From NCBI RefSeq assembly GCF_009914755.1, contig NC_060941.1: a stretch of 64,000 bases of DNA; one strand, given 5' to 3'. Source of the stretch: the human T2T-CHM13v2.0 reference genome, Homo sapiens. Below, piece by piece: positions 44,886 to 61,331 of the stretch. A program made the translations under genes and the position numbers. Positions within the stretch are counted from its first letter, which is position 1. Every line of letters starts with the position of its first letter. Below the pieces are notes generated by a model that saw nothing but the letters and a program-made list of their open reading frames with translations, did not search any database and had not been told where the DNA came from.

Positions 44886-45859
44886 GCCCTGGTGACCTGG
44901 GGACAATCTGCAGTTTAGAGGATCCACTTTCTCCAGTGTCCACATCGCAGGACTTACCCACCCCAGGCCTGACACCCAGCCACACCCTGTTCTGCCTGTC
45001 CCAGGCCTGGGAGACTGAGGAGGTTGGCGGACACCTTTCTCTAGCCCAGCGCATGCCTGCCAGGCCTGGGGGCTATAATACTGCAGCCCATTGGTCTAGC
45101 ACCTTGCATCTAGCGCCCTGGCCCTCTGGGGTCCCTGGGGGGCCAGGCTGCACAACGAAAAAGGGGGAGGTTGGAGGAAGACAGGCCAGGCTCCACCCCT
45201 GGATGAGCTGGGAAGGGCGTCAGTACCCCCACCCCACCCCAACCCGGCTTTCCAGCTCCGGGCCTTGACCACTAGGTGAAGGAGGGGGAGCTGGCTATGC
45301 TTGGGATGGGGTACAGACTGAAAGTTGGGGCATTTGGCTGAAGAGTCTGGCTGAGGAACTTCCCCTCTGGGGTGGACGGGAGGAGGGGAGGCAGCCCAAA
45401 CTCTTCCCTTCACAACAATGCAGGAAGTGAGCAAGTCTCTGGCCTGAGCACAAGAGAACAAGACCATCAGGGGAGGGGTGGGAGAGGCCACGGCGCCCGG
45501 GACAGGTGCACCCTCCCGCATCCACCTCCCACACTCTCATCCAGTTCCGATGCCCCTGCCCTCCCTCTGGGGCAGGCCTCCCCCAAGTCTACATGTCCTT
45601 TACGGCTGCTCAGAATGGGTGGCTCAGGGCCTTCAAGACCCCTCAGAACTGGAGTTCCGGAACATTCTCTTGCCCCTCTGGTGCCTCCAGGCCACACCCT
45701 CAGCTTCAAGGTGCAGACAGACTTTCAAAGGAGTCGCCCCAACTGGTCCTTGCTCCTGGGGAAGGGGGCTGCAGGGCTGGCAACTGTGAGGACCTCGAGA
45801 CCCCACCATAGGTTGTGGCAACTTGCAATTCATTTTGGTCTGGGGAGAGGAGCCCCCGG

Positions 45860-45863
45860 TTAT
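45860..45863 (-). CDS. USH1G: USH1G coding part of exon 3 (last base of Leu461 plus TAA)
   Basis: Polypyrimidine tract TGTTTCTTTCTGTCTCTTCCTCCACAG|A TAA; 164+1218+4 = 1386 nt = 461 aa. Confidence 0.85.
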
Positions 45864-46321
45864 CTGTGGAGGAAGAGACAGAAAGAAACAGATCTCACAT
45901 GAGGCCCTCCAGAGGCATCATTTTCACCCAGGGCAGCCATCTGGACAACTTAGCCTCCCCATCTCTCGGCAGGCCAATTGTCAGGGATGGGGGACGCCAG
46001 CCTATGGGTGACCTCCCCATCCCCAAAACTCTGAACCAGCCTGCCTCCCCACACCCATCCCTGCCCCAGCCATTCAGGATAACGGCCATAGATACCTAAG
46101 AGGAAATGAGGACAAAGTTTGTTGGGCCTGTGGGATGCCATTGGGGAGGGGCCAGGGCAGGGGCTGGCCACAGCATGACCATTGTGGTGGCAGCCTTGGG
46201 CAACTATGACGGCCTTTGGAACATGAACTCTGCCTCCAGGGCTGCTGCTGACCCTCTTGGGAGCATTTGCCCACGTTCCTGATTGCAAAGTTCAGGAACA
46301 GTAGGTAAAACATCTCCCTAA

Positions 46322-46615
46322 GGCCAGGCGCGGTGGCTCACGCCTGTAATCCCAGCACTTTGGGAGGCCAGAGTGGGCAGATCACTTGAGGTCAGGAGTT
46401 CGAGACCAGCCTGGCCAACATGGCAAAACCCCATCTCTACTAAAAATACAGAAATTAGCTGGGCATGGTGGTGCACTCCTGTAATCCCAGCTACTCAGGA
46501 GGCTGAGGCAGGAGAATCGCTTGAACCCGGGAGGTGGAGGTTACAGTGATTGTGCCACTGCACTCCAGCCTGGATGACAAGAGGGAAACTGTCTCAAAAA
46601 AAAAAAAAAAAAAAT
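46322..46615 (+). mobile_element. AluS in USH1G intron 2
   Basis: Alu dimer with A tail. Confidence 0.9.
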
Positions 46616-47239
46616 CTGCCTGAGGTCTTGGGCAATTGAGAGGCCCTGCTGACTGCACGCCCTGCATCCCATGGCAGCCACCTTGACCCCAGGCTCTAAA
46701 GCCATGCAGACCAGGGATCAAGCCTAGCTCCATGCTGAGCAGCAGCAGGACCTTGAGGTGAGCTATTCTAACTGTCTGAGCCTCCACTTGCTCATTGGCT
46801 GTAAAATGGGAACGATATAATCCACCAATATAGTCCAGCGCACACAGGCTTTTAGAGGGATTAAGCAAGAGGACTTGTTCAAGGGCACAACCCAGCACCT
46901 AGGAGGTGGGAGGGCTCAAAAACACCCCAGCTGTGATTCCTGTGACTGTTGAAATTCATTGACATTAAGAGGCCCATTTCCCCACTTGTCGATGTCCCCA
47001 GAATCGAGGTGCACTTTCACTGTGATAAGAATGCCTCGGGTCATCATTAAATTGGCCACTTCTTTTTCTGAGCTGGTGGTAAATAAAATAAGGGTGCCTT
47101 TTATCATCGATGGCCTCATTTCGATTTTATGAAATACAGTATCCCCCACCCCCTACTCCTGAATAGGCAGATCTGTACCCCCTCCCCAGGGGCCTTCCAA
47201 CTCCTGCTCCTCCATCCCCCCCGCCAGGCTGGACACTCA

Positions 47240-48550
<1,311 letters not shown>

Positions 48551-50695
48551 TCACAGCAACCCCCAAAGGGACCGTGGGCCTGAGATCTCTCCCACTCCAG
48601 GAGACCTGCAGGCCTGAGCCACCCAACAGGTGAGCCCAGGGGTGAGCCCAGGGGAAAATGGCCTCAGGCATGCAGGGGGTGGGGTGACAGAGAAGGCGGG
48701 ACTGGGGCGGGGCCTTCCCCAAGCTAACTGAGGGCTGGGAATCTCAGGGGATGAATATTTGATGCCCTGAGAGAAGGGAGTAAATTATTGATGGGGCCCA
48801 GCACAGAGCTGGCCCAGAGCGCTGGTGGGCCAGGGCCGCGTCTGGGTCTCTAGGCAGGCGTGGTGGTGAGTGTGGCTGCGTGTGCCGAGTGACCGTAAAA
48901 GAGAACAGACCAGTGGGTGGTGTGTGCCGGGCCCCAGCCCCGGGTGAGCGTGTGTGAAGTGTGGGCTTGCATGTCAGCAGGCAGGGCCCTGTCTGCAGGG
49001 AGCAGGGCCAGCCCTGGCAAGCCCGAGTGTGAGAGGAGGTGTCGGGCCTTGGCCTGGGCGGGGAGGGGAGTGTGGGGGCAGCCAGGACTGGAGGGGAGGA
49101 GGAGGGAAATCAGCTGCCCGTGCTCCGAAGCCCTCCCTTCCCTAGGTTGCCCCCTCTTTGGTATCCCTGCAAGGCTGGCTCACTTGAGCCTGTCCAGGGA
49201 CCCCCGACAGCCCCCACAAGCACCCTTCACACCAGACGGGTGTCCCCCAGGGCAAGCTCCCAAGACTCCTCCGGAGCTCTCCCTCCCTTGGGGGCCCAGC
49301 ACAGCACCCCTGCCCTGCACTAATGAGGCCACAAGGCCAACCCCCAGGGCTGGGGGAAGAATCACTCCCTTGTCTCAACAGCTCCCCACACACCCCTTCC
49401 TGGGCCTCCCCTCCTGGCCGCCAAGTCCTGCAGGCCAGTGTGGGAAGGACCTGCCAGCACCCAACCCACAACCCATCAAACACCAATCCTGGTCTCTGGA
49501 GGAGTTGGGGCTTGGTGTACCCAAGGGGAGCCCTCTTCCCCTCCTCTCATGAGCCTCTCTGAAGGGATGGCAGGGACAGTGTCACTGTGTGCCCTCCTGG
49601 GGTGGGGAAGGGCCAGCCAGCCTTGGCCTCACGGGACATGGTTCAGCTGCCCAGGCTTCAAGGCTGCTCCCACCTGATGCTGGGCCCAAGGAGCAGCCCA
49701 AGGAGAGGGCAAGAAGGAGGGGTCTCCAGCACCTACTACATGTTCAGGCACTGGCCAGTACCTGGTACCGGGGCCAGCTAAGCCCCTGGCCCTCTCTCCC
49801 ATGACCTGAGACTTCATATCAACCTTCCTGGGGTGTCCTGTCCAGGCTGCCCTGATGCCCAGACCAACCTGACTTCTCTTTATAAAGCCACTGGGGCTGA
49901 GGGAGTTGGTCACAGTCATTTGACTTTAGCCCCAAGGAACCCATATCAGTGGCTCTGGTCCTGGAGGTGGCTCAACTGCCACCTCCAGGCCCCTTCCCTG
50001 GCACTGACACCTGCACTGTATGCCCACCCCCCCACCCAGGACAACTCCAAAGGGAGGGGGAGGGAAGAGAAGCCCCTTCAGGGTGACCACATCACAGCCT
50101 CCACCATTGCTTAGCTGTGCCCGGCTGTGGGGGAGGGACTTGGAGAGAGTTAATGGAGTGGCTGAATCAGTGACATTTGGCGCCCTGGACAGTGTCCATA
50201 AATCCCCAAAATGAGCAGGTTGAGGGCAAGCGCTGTGTGACACCAGCCTGCCGGAGAACGTGGGTGCTGGCTGGCAGAGCCCTTTGGATCAAGGCTGGAG
50301 AGTGGGCAGTGGAGACCCCTCCCTTTCTAGCCCCCACTGCTGGCCCCTCGAGACTTCCTAACCTTCTCTCCGAGTCTCACTATCCCCTCACTCTTGCTTC
50401 CAGGGGGACCCCAGCCAGGGGATCTCTCCCACCTTCCCCTCACTCTGCAGCAACCCCCCATAATCAGGAACCCCCAAATCCCGGTTTCTCCCCTCCTAGC
50501 CCCAGATCCAGGTCACAAGTGTTAACAAGTGTCAGATGCCTCCGCTTGGGTCCCCTCAACATGTGTCTCTCCCACAAACGCCAGGGTCTAAGGGTCCGCC
50601 TGTCTGCAGGGGAAGGAGGCAGCTCAGAGGAGTGGTGGACGAGGAAGTTTGGGGTGGTCTCAGGGGCCTCAAGGGCACTGGGTGGGGCGTACTCA

Positions 50696-51028
<333 letters not shown>

Positions 51029-51472
51029 CTACCAAGACATCTGAAACGCTCACCCGGGGGCGGGGGCGGAGGGGGCGGGGGACGAAATCTCCCGCTGTCC
51101 AGGGAGCCGCCCCCGGTCTTCCCCTGGGTCCTAAACACCCTGCATGCACCTCAATACACGAGGGTGACCCACGCAAGGCCCTGTCCTCCTCTTCAAAAGT
51201 GCCCACCCCGGGGCCGCGCACTGTGACGCCCAGTCCGGGGACAGTCAGAGATCTGTCCTCACTAGAGCCTGGGGCGCTGTGGCTCCGTATTTCTCCACCT
51301 GTCAGTGGAACGAACCGAGAGCTGGGGAGGGGTGCCGGAGGGCGGGGTGGGGGAGCCGTCCTGAGCCCCAGGACAGTGGACCTAAGAAGGGGCACCGTGA
51401 CCGACCGCGGTTCGGTCAGCGAGTGGGACGGGCCAGGCCGCCGCCGCCTGAACGGAGTCCCTCGACCGCACT

Positions 51473-51487
51473 CCAGCAGGGGGCGCT
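51473..51487 (+). promoter_or_regulatory. CTCF core motif between USH1G and OTOP2
   Basis: CCAGCAGGGGGCGCT matches the CCASYAGRKGGCRS consensus. Confidence 0.65.
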
Positions 51488-52030
51488 GGAGGACTGGCAG
51501 CGGCTCCGCGTGCCGCGTGGAACTTCGCACCCAAGCCCCGGAGTCCAACGGAGCGCGGGCCGGCGGCGGGGGCGGGCAGGGCGGTGGGATAGAGGAAAGG
51601 GGAGCTTGGATCACTGCGAGGACCGTGGGGGAGAGGGGAACTGGGGTTGCCATCCCAGGCAGGAGCACAGGAGCACAGGATTCAGGGTGCGCCGCGGCTG
51701 GAGGGCGTCAGGGTGCCCGCAGGCTTTTTGGACGTCTCTTGAGCTTAGCTCTCGGGGCTCTGGGCGCCTGGAATGCTGCGCGCCAGGGCGCGGTGGGCAC
51801 CAGGGGCGGGGTGCCCTCTAGGTGCCGCAGTGCGGGGCCGCGCCCGAGCCTGGCCGCACCGGGGTGACGGAGTGGGGTCGCCTCTCAAAGGGTAAATATG
51901 AATCTTGCCTTATCTGGCTCCAGCGGGCTCTTCCCTAAATTCACCTTGGAGAAAGATGGATCATGTGAGCGGGACTGAGAGCTTTATGGAGCCAAACTCC
52001 CGCAGCTGTAAATCACCCTGTCCTCCTGGG

Positions 52031-52120
52031 TATAAAGCGCCTGTCCATCTCGGCGTGGGAGAGAGGAGACGCTCGCCGTCCCCTGACCCCCAGCTCAGCG
52101 CCGGCTCCAAGCCCAGCCAG
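52031..52120 (+). promoter_or_regulatory. OTOP2: OTOP2 TATA box and short non-coding exon 1
   Basis: GGGTATAAAGCG; donor CCAG|GTGGGT at 52120/52121; next acceptor CCCCTACAG| at 52386. Confidence 0.7.
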
Positions 52121-52419
52121 GTGGGTGCCCCGGGCCGGAGGGCAGTCGGACTTGGGGAGTGGGGACCTTGGAGGGGTCCAACCGGGTGCTGCCGCTTCTC
52201 CTTTCTTCCCATCCAGCGAGAGGGGCAGGTTCCGCATTTTCTCTTCCCCTTTCCCAGCGCTTCCTCCAGCACCCGAAGCCCCAACCCTGCGGGTCAGGAA
52301 CTCCCTAGTCCCCAAGTCTAGGGATGAGATGGGGGAAGGAGAGCCGTCAGGGTTGACCTGGAGTTTTGTCCGCTCCTCCCCTACAGTGATCCCTCTAGCC
52401 TTCTCCAGTCGCCTCCACC

Positions 52420-52732
52420 ATGTCCGAGGAGCTGGCCCAGGGCCCCAAGGAGAGCCCCCCGGCGCCGCGTGCGGGCCCCAGGGAGGTGTGGAAGAAGGGT
52501 GGCCGCCTGCTGTCGGTGCTGCTGGCGGTGAACGTGCTGCTCCTCGCCTGCACGCTCATCAGCGGCGGAGCCTTCAACAAGGTGGCCGTGTACGACACCG
52601 ACGTGTTCGCGCTGCTCACTGCGATGATGCTGCTGGCAACGCTCTGGATCCTCTTCTACCTCCTCCGAACCGTGCGCTGCCCCTGCGCGGTACCCTACCG
52701 GGACGCGCACGCTGGCCCCATCTGGCTCCGAG
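52420..52732 (+). CDS. OTOP2: Otopetrin-2 proton channel, first coding exon
   Basis: CCACCATG; MSEELAQGPKESPPAPRAGPREVWKKGGRLLSVLLAVNV...DAHAGPIWLR; donor CGA G|GTGCC; 313 nt. Confidence 0.96.
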
Positions 52733-53342
52733 GTGCCAGGGGAGGTGGGGGCGAGGTAGGGTGGGCACAACAGGGAGCTGCAGGCTAGGGCTCTCGCAGG
52801 AGTTGCAGAGTGCAGATTGACATACGAGGGCGAGAGGCTCCCTAGGGAGGACCAGGAGGACCGGAGGGTGAAGTGGGCTGCAGTTAGGGAAAAAGAGGAA
52901 GGTAAGGGGTCCTGGGGGAGGGATGAATAGAGGGATGGAAGGGGACCTCTTTGCCCCCGGTCTGAAGATTAGAGAAGGCTGGCTGAGGGAGGGCCTTTGA
53001 TGGAGAGCAGGAACCAGAAGATGGCAGCCACTGAAAGAGCTCAGCCAGGGCCCTTTGCGGTATCCACACAGCCCCAAAGAGAGGGGGGCTTGGTAGCAGG
53101 TCCATCCATCCACCCACTCAGTCATACACTCACCCTTCCATCCACCCATTCACCTTTCAGTCTGTCTATCCACCTATCCACCTGTCCTCCCACCCTCCCC
53201 ATTGATCCATCCAACAGTGCACTCACTCACCCATCCACCCACCCATCTAGCCTCCCATCCTCAGGGCCTGTCCTCAGCTCGGCAGGCCTTCTCTCCTGCC
53301 TCTTTGATCCACCACCACCACCCACCCACCCCTGGTTTCCAG

Positions 53343-53479
53343 GTGGGCTGGTGCTGTTTGGAATCTGCACCCTCATCATGGATGTCTTCAAGACCGGCTA
53401 CTACTCCAGTTTCTTTGAGTGCCAGTCAGCCATCAAGATCCTGCACCCCCTCATCCAGGCTGTGTTTGTCATCATCCAG
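53343..53479 (+). CDS. OTOP2: OTOP2 coding exon 2
   Basis: TTTCCAG|GT GGG CTG; GLVLFGICTLIMDVFKTGYY...VFVIIQ|GTGGGT; 137 nt. Confidence 0.95.
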
Positions 53480-54524
53480 GTGGGTGGAGGAGTGTCGCTG
53501 TGTGGAAGAAAGGAGCTAACACTTGGCCATTGGGAAGGACCCAACAAGGGGTCGGAGACCTGAGCTCCATCCGCCTCGTATCCTGAGCTATTAAGTAAAC
53601 CAGGGACAGGGCTGTAGAGAGCATCACAGGAGTCCATCAATGTGGAAACGCCTCATAATGAAGTAACATCCCAACGTGAGCTCCCACTTGGAGCTCTGCA
53701 ATGTTATTTCAACCTAAGCAGTGCCAGTAGTTAACACCTAGGAGGTGTGAGTTGTGCCAGCCAGCCCTGTCTCCTAGAACCTGGCCTGCCCTTCTTGGGT
53801 GCCCGTAGGGGGCTTCTGTGTCAGCCCAGGCTCCTGCCAGCTTGGTCCCTCTGTGCTGTATTTGTTTGGAAAGTAGGGTAGCCTGTAACTGGGATTTCTC
53901 AAACATTCACTTTGTAGTTGTTGTTGCATAAACAATACTTTGAAAGATCTTCTGATTGAGCTGAGACAGGACTGGGCTTAGATGGGATCAGAACAGCCCC
54001 CAGCCCTCTATCATGACCAAAATGGCACCATGGATGATGCCCTCCCCAGAAACATCACTCCTGCTGCCCAGGTTTTCACAGTTCAGCACACATGTGGCTG
54101 TGGCATTTATGTAGTTTTAGTCTTTCGTATTTTATGGGTTTGAAGAATACTCAGGTAAAATGAAAATATAGATATCCCCACATCACCAAATGCCATAGCA
54201 GGGATTCACAGGCAGCCAGATGGTAGCAAGGCCTGGTACGGTGACAGAGGAAGAGGATGAGCAGGGGATGTTGTCAAATGAAGGTGAGAAGTCCACAGAG
54301 ACTCCTTCCACCCTGAGCAAGACCTAACCTGAGGCTGGCCTTGCTCCCAGAAAAAAAAAAAAACTAGATAGTCAAAAATCTACTTGACCCCCATCTCCAC
54401 ACAAAGTAAACCCCACCACGAGCAGGGTTTTACATGTGACGTTTTGCAAACCTTTAAAGAATGGAGAACCACTATTTTATACAAACTGTGTCAGAATAGA
54501 AAAAGACAGTGCTCCCCACCTAAT

Positions 54525-54886
<362 letters not shown>

Positions 54887-55009
54887 TGAACCTGATAACT
54901 CAGTGTAAGGGTTCCTCAGGCGGAGAGAACAAGATGGCATGGACTTGGGTGCGCTGGAGTTTTGTCCATCTATGGAGTAAATGACTCTCACCAATGTCTC
55001 TCCATACAG

Positions 55010-55068
55010 ACCTACTTTCTCTGGGTCTCTGCTAAAGACTGCGTTCACGTCCACCTGGATCTGACCTG
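55010..55068 (+). CDS. OTOP2: OTOP2 coding exon 3
   Basis: CCATACAG|ACC TAC TTT; TYFLWVSAKDCVHVHLDLT(W)|GTGAGA; 59 nt. Confidence 0.93.
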
Positions 55069-55451
55069 GTGAGAACTGCAGCTCGATGCCTGTACCCAGC
55101 GTGCTGGTGTTCACCTTGCAGGAGAGATTCAGGCTTTCCACCCTGGGGCAGGGCCTCTCTTTATGTCCCCTGGGTGGGGTTGCAGCCAAGCCCTCCTTGC
55201 TTTGTCAGGCTGACTTCCACTACCTTGTGGGGCCCTTTCTCCCAGGGGAGGGAGTGGTGGTGGCCCCCGGGAAAACCTCCTAGCCCTCTCTTTGGTGGCA
55301 TACCAGCCAGGCTGTGTTCCTACCAAAATCAGCTTCCCTGTTCACACAGGGCCTGGCTGCTTTATCATTTCTCAACACCAGCTCTCAGTATTGCTCCCCA
55401 ACCTGCCAAAGGGTCACAGGCCTCTTTGTCCCCACCCCTGACCCCAAACAG

Positions 55452-55585
55452 GTGTGGTCTCATGTTCACACTCACCACCAACCTGGCCATCTGGATGGCG
55501 GCCGTGGTGGATGAATCTGTGCACCAATCCCACTCCTACAGCAGTTCTCACAGCAACGCCAGCCACGCCCGTCTCATCTCTGACC
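55452..55585 (+). CDS. OTOP2: OTOP2 coding exon 4
   Basis: AAACAG|G TGT GGT; CGLMFTLTTNLAIWMAAVVDESVH...RLISD-C|GTGAGT; 134 nt. Confidence 0.94.
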
Positions 55586-55845
55586 GTGAGTTTCCTCTTA
55601 ATGCTGGCCCTGTGGCTACCAGGCCTTGGGCCGGGTGCTTTGTGAATTTATAACGTCAGTCTCCTGTGCCCTCATGAGGGCATAGAGGCAAAGGACAGAG
55701 CCAGGGTCCTCCTCCTGTTGCAGGATCTACCTCTGCAGTATAGGTGTAGGTGACCCCAGAAGGGAAGTATCAGGGGTACCCTTTTATCCTTGAGGCTGCA
55801 GCCCAGGCCCCCCTGTCCAGTCTCCATCCCACCAAGAAGGGACCC

Positions 55846-56148
<303 letters not shown>

Positions 56149-57168
56149 AGACCCAGACCCAGAATCCAGGAAGAAAGGGCAAGAGTGATCAAGCTGGGAA
56201 AAGGAGAAGGGAGGCAGAGTGGTTCTGTGGTGCAAGCATGGATCAGATGGGAGAGCCCGGGAAGGAGGAGAAGGTGAGAAATAATCATGGCATCACAATG
56301 GTAAGGGTGGCAATTTACTGAGGTCTGTATGTCAGGCACTGTGCTGAGTGTCTTAAACACTCCATTTAACCCTCAACACTTCCCTGTGAAATAGGTACTC
56401 TCCCCATTCCCATGCATAGGTGCAGAAACTAAGGCAGAGAGAGCTTAAGTAGCTCACCCAAGATCTAGCACTAGCATTCATATGCATCTTTGTTTTTAAA
56501 CAATATGCTAAACTAAGGAGGAACGGGATCCAGTCTCCAGTCCTCATTCTCTGGACTTCTCTAGGGTCCCCCAATAGCCAGGACCAGACAAGATAACTAA
56601 GACATGCACGCTCCTAGCATGGGAGGGTCCGGCAACAGAAAGCATGGCCCCTGCCCTCAGGGAGACCCCAGCCCAGCAAGCCTTACAAAGAACCACCCTG
56701 CACAGAGAGGACTCCTGAGGGTGCAAAACCAAACCAGGGAGGTGATGGACTTCACATGGGGGCCTGCAGGCTGGAGAGAGGCCTGTCAGAGAAGTACCTG
56801 TCCCGGGGTCAGAAGTCAGGCAGTTGGCGTTGACTCTGCCCTTACAAGTCACATCACCACGTTAAGCCTCAGTTTCTTCATCTGCAAAACCAGCTGGGCT
56901 AGTTCTTAGGATGAAAAGAGACGTTTGCCAAGGCCCAGAGTATCCTAAAAACACATTCTGGAATCAAGTCAAGACTCCTTTCCATGTGGTACAAACAGAA
57001 GTAACGGGAGGTCATGGTGGAGACTTGGGCACAGCAGCTGGCTTTCTGGGCTGAATCAGATGGTAGGGAGAGCTGTGAGGAAGCCTGAACTTTAGAGGTT
57101 CCCAAGAGAGCCACTTTCTATCTCAGGGAGCCAGGGCAGAAAGGGATGGAAGGAATGGAGTGGGGTGA

Positions 57169-57993
<825 letters not shown>

Positions 57994-58065
57994 TCACAGG
58001 CTAGGGGTGAGACCTCTCTAGGAAGGCAGGAGGGCTGTCCAGCCCTGTGTCTCTCTCCACAACAG

Positions 58066-58940
58066 AGCATGCAGACAACCCGGTCGGAGGAGACTCCTGC
58101 CTCTGCAGCACGGCCGTCTGCCAGATCTTCCAGCAGGGGTACTTCTACCTATATCCCTTCAACATCGAGTACAGCCTCTTCGCCTCCACCATGCTGTATG
58201 TCATGTGGAAGAATGTGGGTAGATTCCTGGCCTCCACCCCTGGCCACAGCCACACCCCAACCCCTGTCAGCCTCTTCCGGGAGACCTTTTTTGCTGGCCC
58301 GGTTCTGGGCCTGCTGCTCTTCGTGGTGGGGCTGGCTGTCTTCATCATCTACGAGGTTCAAGTGAGCGGGGACGGGAGCCGCACCAGGCAGGCCCTGGTC
58401 ATCTACTACAGCTTCAACATTGTCTGCTTGGGACTCACCACCTTGGTCAGCCTGAGCGGCTCCATCATCTACCGTTTTGACCGCCGGGCCATGGACCACC
58501 ATAAGAACCCCACGCGCACTCTGGACGTGGCCCTGCTGATGGGTGCCGCCCTGGGTCAGTACGCCATCTCTTACTACTCCATCGTGGCTGTGGTGGCGGG
58601 CACACCCCAGGACCTGCTGGCAGGGCTCAACCTCACCCATGCACTGCTCATGATCGCCCAGCACACCTTCCAGAACATGTTTATCATCGAGAGCCTTCAC
58701 CGAGGACCGCCCGGGGCTGAGCCTCACAGTACCCACCCCAAGGAGCCCTGCCAAGACCTCACCTTCACCAACCTGGATGCCCTCCACACGTTGTCCGCCT
58801 GCCCACCCAACCCCTGGCTGGTTAGCCCCAGCCCTTCAGACCAGCGGGAAGCAGTGGCCATCGTCTCAACCCCCAGAAGCCAGTGGAGACGCCAGTGCCT
58901 AAAAGACATTTCTCTGTTTCTCCTACTCTGCAATGTCATT
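58066..58940 (+). CDS. OTOP2: OTOP2 coding exon 5 (large transmembrane exon)
   Basis: CAACAG|AG CAT GCA; otopetrin motif YLYPFNIEYSL; ends LLLCNVI|GTGAGT; 875 nt. Confidence 0.96.
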
Positions 58941-59458
58941 GTGAGTAGCTGGGGGGAGAAAGGGTGGGCTTGGGAGAAGAGACTGAGGAAGGATGCTCTT
59001 GCAGGCTTAAGCCCTTAGCCTTCTCTGTCTTGCCCCCAGCCCGCCTGAGAATCTTACAGCTCTCTAGGAAAGGAGCAGGTTCAGAGGGGGCCAGCTGTAG
59101 CTTTGGGGCAAATGGCATCTCAGGGCACACAGAGAAAATGAAATCCTAGCGTTCTGGCATCTAAGCAGCAGATGGAGCTGGAAGGGTCCCAGGGAAGGTT
59201 GACACAGGGGCTGGGCAGAGGTGAGAGGGAGCTGAGAGCTGATGTGGAAGGCGGGGTCCTCACCCCCCAGTGGGAGGTGTGACTGCTCCTGGGAACTTGT
59301 GATCTGCCTGCTTCTCAGAATAATTGGAACAGTGTCAGGAAGTAGCGGAGACCAGTGTTAAGTGTGAGCGGTCTGTTAGCAGAGTGAACTGGGAAGGAGG
59401 GCATCTACAACAGCCACCCCCTCCCTAGTGACTCAGCAAAGATTAAGAACAACAGACT

Positions 59459-59760
59459 TGGCCGGGTGCAGTGGCTCACGCCTGTAATCCCAGCACTTTG
59501 GGAGGCCGAGGCAGGCAGATCACAAGGTCAGGAGTTCGAGACCAGCCTGGCCAAAAGGGTGAAACCCTGTCTCCACTAAAAATACAAAAATTAGCCAGGC
59601 GTGGTAGTGTGCGCACCCTATAATCTCAGCTACTTGGGAGGTTGAGGCAAGGGAATTGTTTGAACCCAGGAGGCGGAGGTTGCAGTGAGCTGAGATTGCA
59701 CCATTGCACTCCAGCCTGTGCAACAGAGTGACACTCTGTCAAAAAAAAAAAAAAAAAAAA
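59459..59760 (+). mobile_element. AluS
   Basis: Alu dimer with A tail. Confidence 0.9.
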
Positions 59761-61160
59761 GCAATAGACTTCACCCAATACAAATATATTCTCTGTATAG
59801 AAGTACCCCAGGGCAGAAACACTGGTAATGAAAGTGCATACCAATAGGAAAACACTCCTGGTGTTTCTAGTACAACCCAAGACAGAAATGGCCCAGTGGG
59901 GGCTTATTATTACCTCTGATATAGAAACATGTACCTATGTGGGTACATCTCAAAGAGAAAAAAACAATTCTAATGAAGTTTCACTCAATAGAAAAACAAT
60001 CCTTCCAGCTAGAACCTCCAATAGAAAAATATCCCTAATATAGAAAATTACTTAATGTGGGTATATCCCAGGACAGAGCAAGAGCCCCAGAGTGAATTCT
60101 ACCCCATGAAATCCTACCTGCATGAGGTACACCAGTGGCCCTAACTAAGAGTCATTCTTAGTGAGGTCCCACTGTGAAGGGCCATCCACCAGGTCATGGT
60201 CCCCATAGATGTGGGATGATGCCACGCAGGAGCCTTCCAACACAATCAATTTCACTTAAAAAAAATGTGGTCATCAATCTCTGACCCTACCAGCAGAATC
60301 ATTAAGGTCCAGACCTCAGCATGTCTTGGAACGTCTTTGGTACCTGGCCCCCTGCCCTCTGGCCCCACCTCCACCTTCCACCCAGGCCTGGCTTATAGGC
60401 TAGGGGCCACCTTCTGGGAGGCTATTCTTGCTCCAGGCATCTGAGCCTAAATCACCTCCAGTAGCATCTTCTCCATCTCCTTCATTTTATAGGACAGAAC
60501 AGGCTTAGAGGGGACTGCAATGTGCCCAAGGATGAAGTTAATCAGGGGTAGGGGTGGAGCTAGCCTAGAAACCTTTGTTCTTTGCTTCTTACCCACACCT
60601 GAATCTTCTGAGCTCCTAGCCAGAGAGGAAGCAGGATTCCAACTTCCACTTCCTCCCACTCCTGGAAAGGGAGAAGGGGATGAGGGGAGAGCTGGAGGGC
60701 AGAGCTCAAGGAGGGCTGGGGTGGGGTGGCCTTCTGTCTGAACCCCAAACCCCTGCCTTGAGCCTATCTGATTCTGCCACCCCCACCCCTGTGCACAAAA
60801 CCCCCCAGGACAGAGCTGCTGATTTCACTGTTTGTACCTCTTCTTCTAGAGAAACCTCTTCTCCCCTCCCCAATCCCACATTGAGGCCCTGCTAAGATTT
60901 TGGGAGAGGTGGTCACAGGTGTCCATGAGGTGGGCTAGCCTAGGGATGGCGAATTCAGTTGGGCTCACTTCCTGAGCCCCTTAGAGTGTGCTAGGTCCTG
61001 TCCAAAATGCTAGAGCTGCCCATTCACTGACACCCAGCCCTCCGTGTCCACCAAGCTAGAAGGATGGGCCCCCATCTAGCCACGGCCCAGCAAAACCCAC
61101 AGAAATGACCCACAGGCATCCATCCAGGCCAGCTCCTGAAATGCTCCTCTCTCCACACAG

Positions 61161-61331
61161 CTGTGGATCATGCCTGCCTTCGGGGCCCGCCCTCATTTCA
61201 GCAACACAGTGGAGGTGGATTTCTACGGCTACTCCCTCTGGGCGGTCATCGTCAACATCTGCCTCCCTTTCGGCATCTTCTACCGCATGCACGCTGTGTC
61301 CAGCCTGCTGGAGGTCTACGTGCTGTCCTGA
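61161..61331 (+). CDS. OTOP2: OTOP2 last coding exon
   Basis: CCACACAG|CTG TGG ATC; LWIMPAFGARPHF...PFGIFYRMHAVSSLLEVYVLS-TGA (otopetrin FYRMH motif). Total CDS 1689 nt = 562 aa. Confidence 0.96.
   Translation: MWIMPAFGARPHFSNTVEVDFYGYSLWAVIVNICLPFGIFYRMHAVSSLLEVYVLS

Noticed and set aside
44484-45268. His/Thr-rich and Cys/Val-rich ORFs
   Set aside because: Translations of the (CA)n/(TG)n tract.
53100-53335. CCAT/CCAC-rich tract giving a long open frame into OTOP2 coding exon 2
   Set aside because: Degenerate (TCCA)n low-complexity intronic sequence; exon phase accounting needs only the acceptor at 53342.
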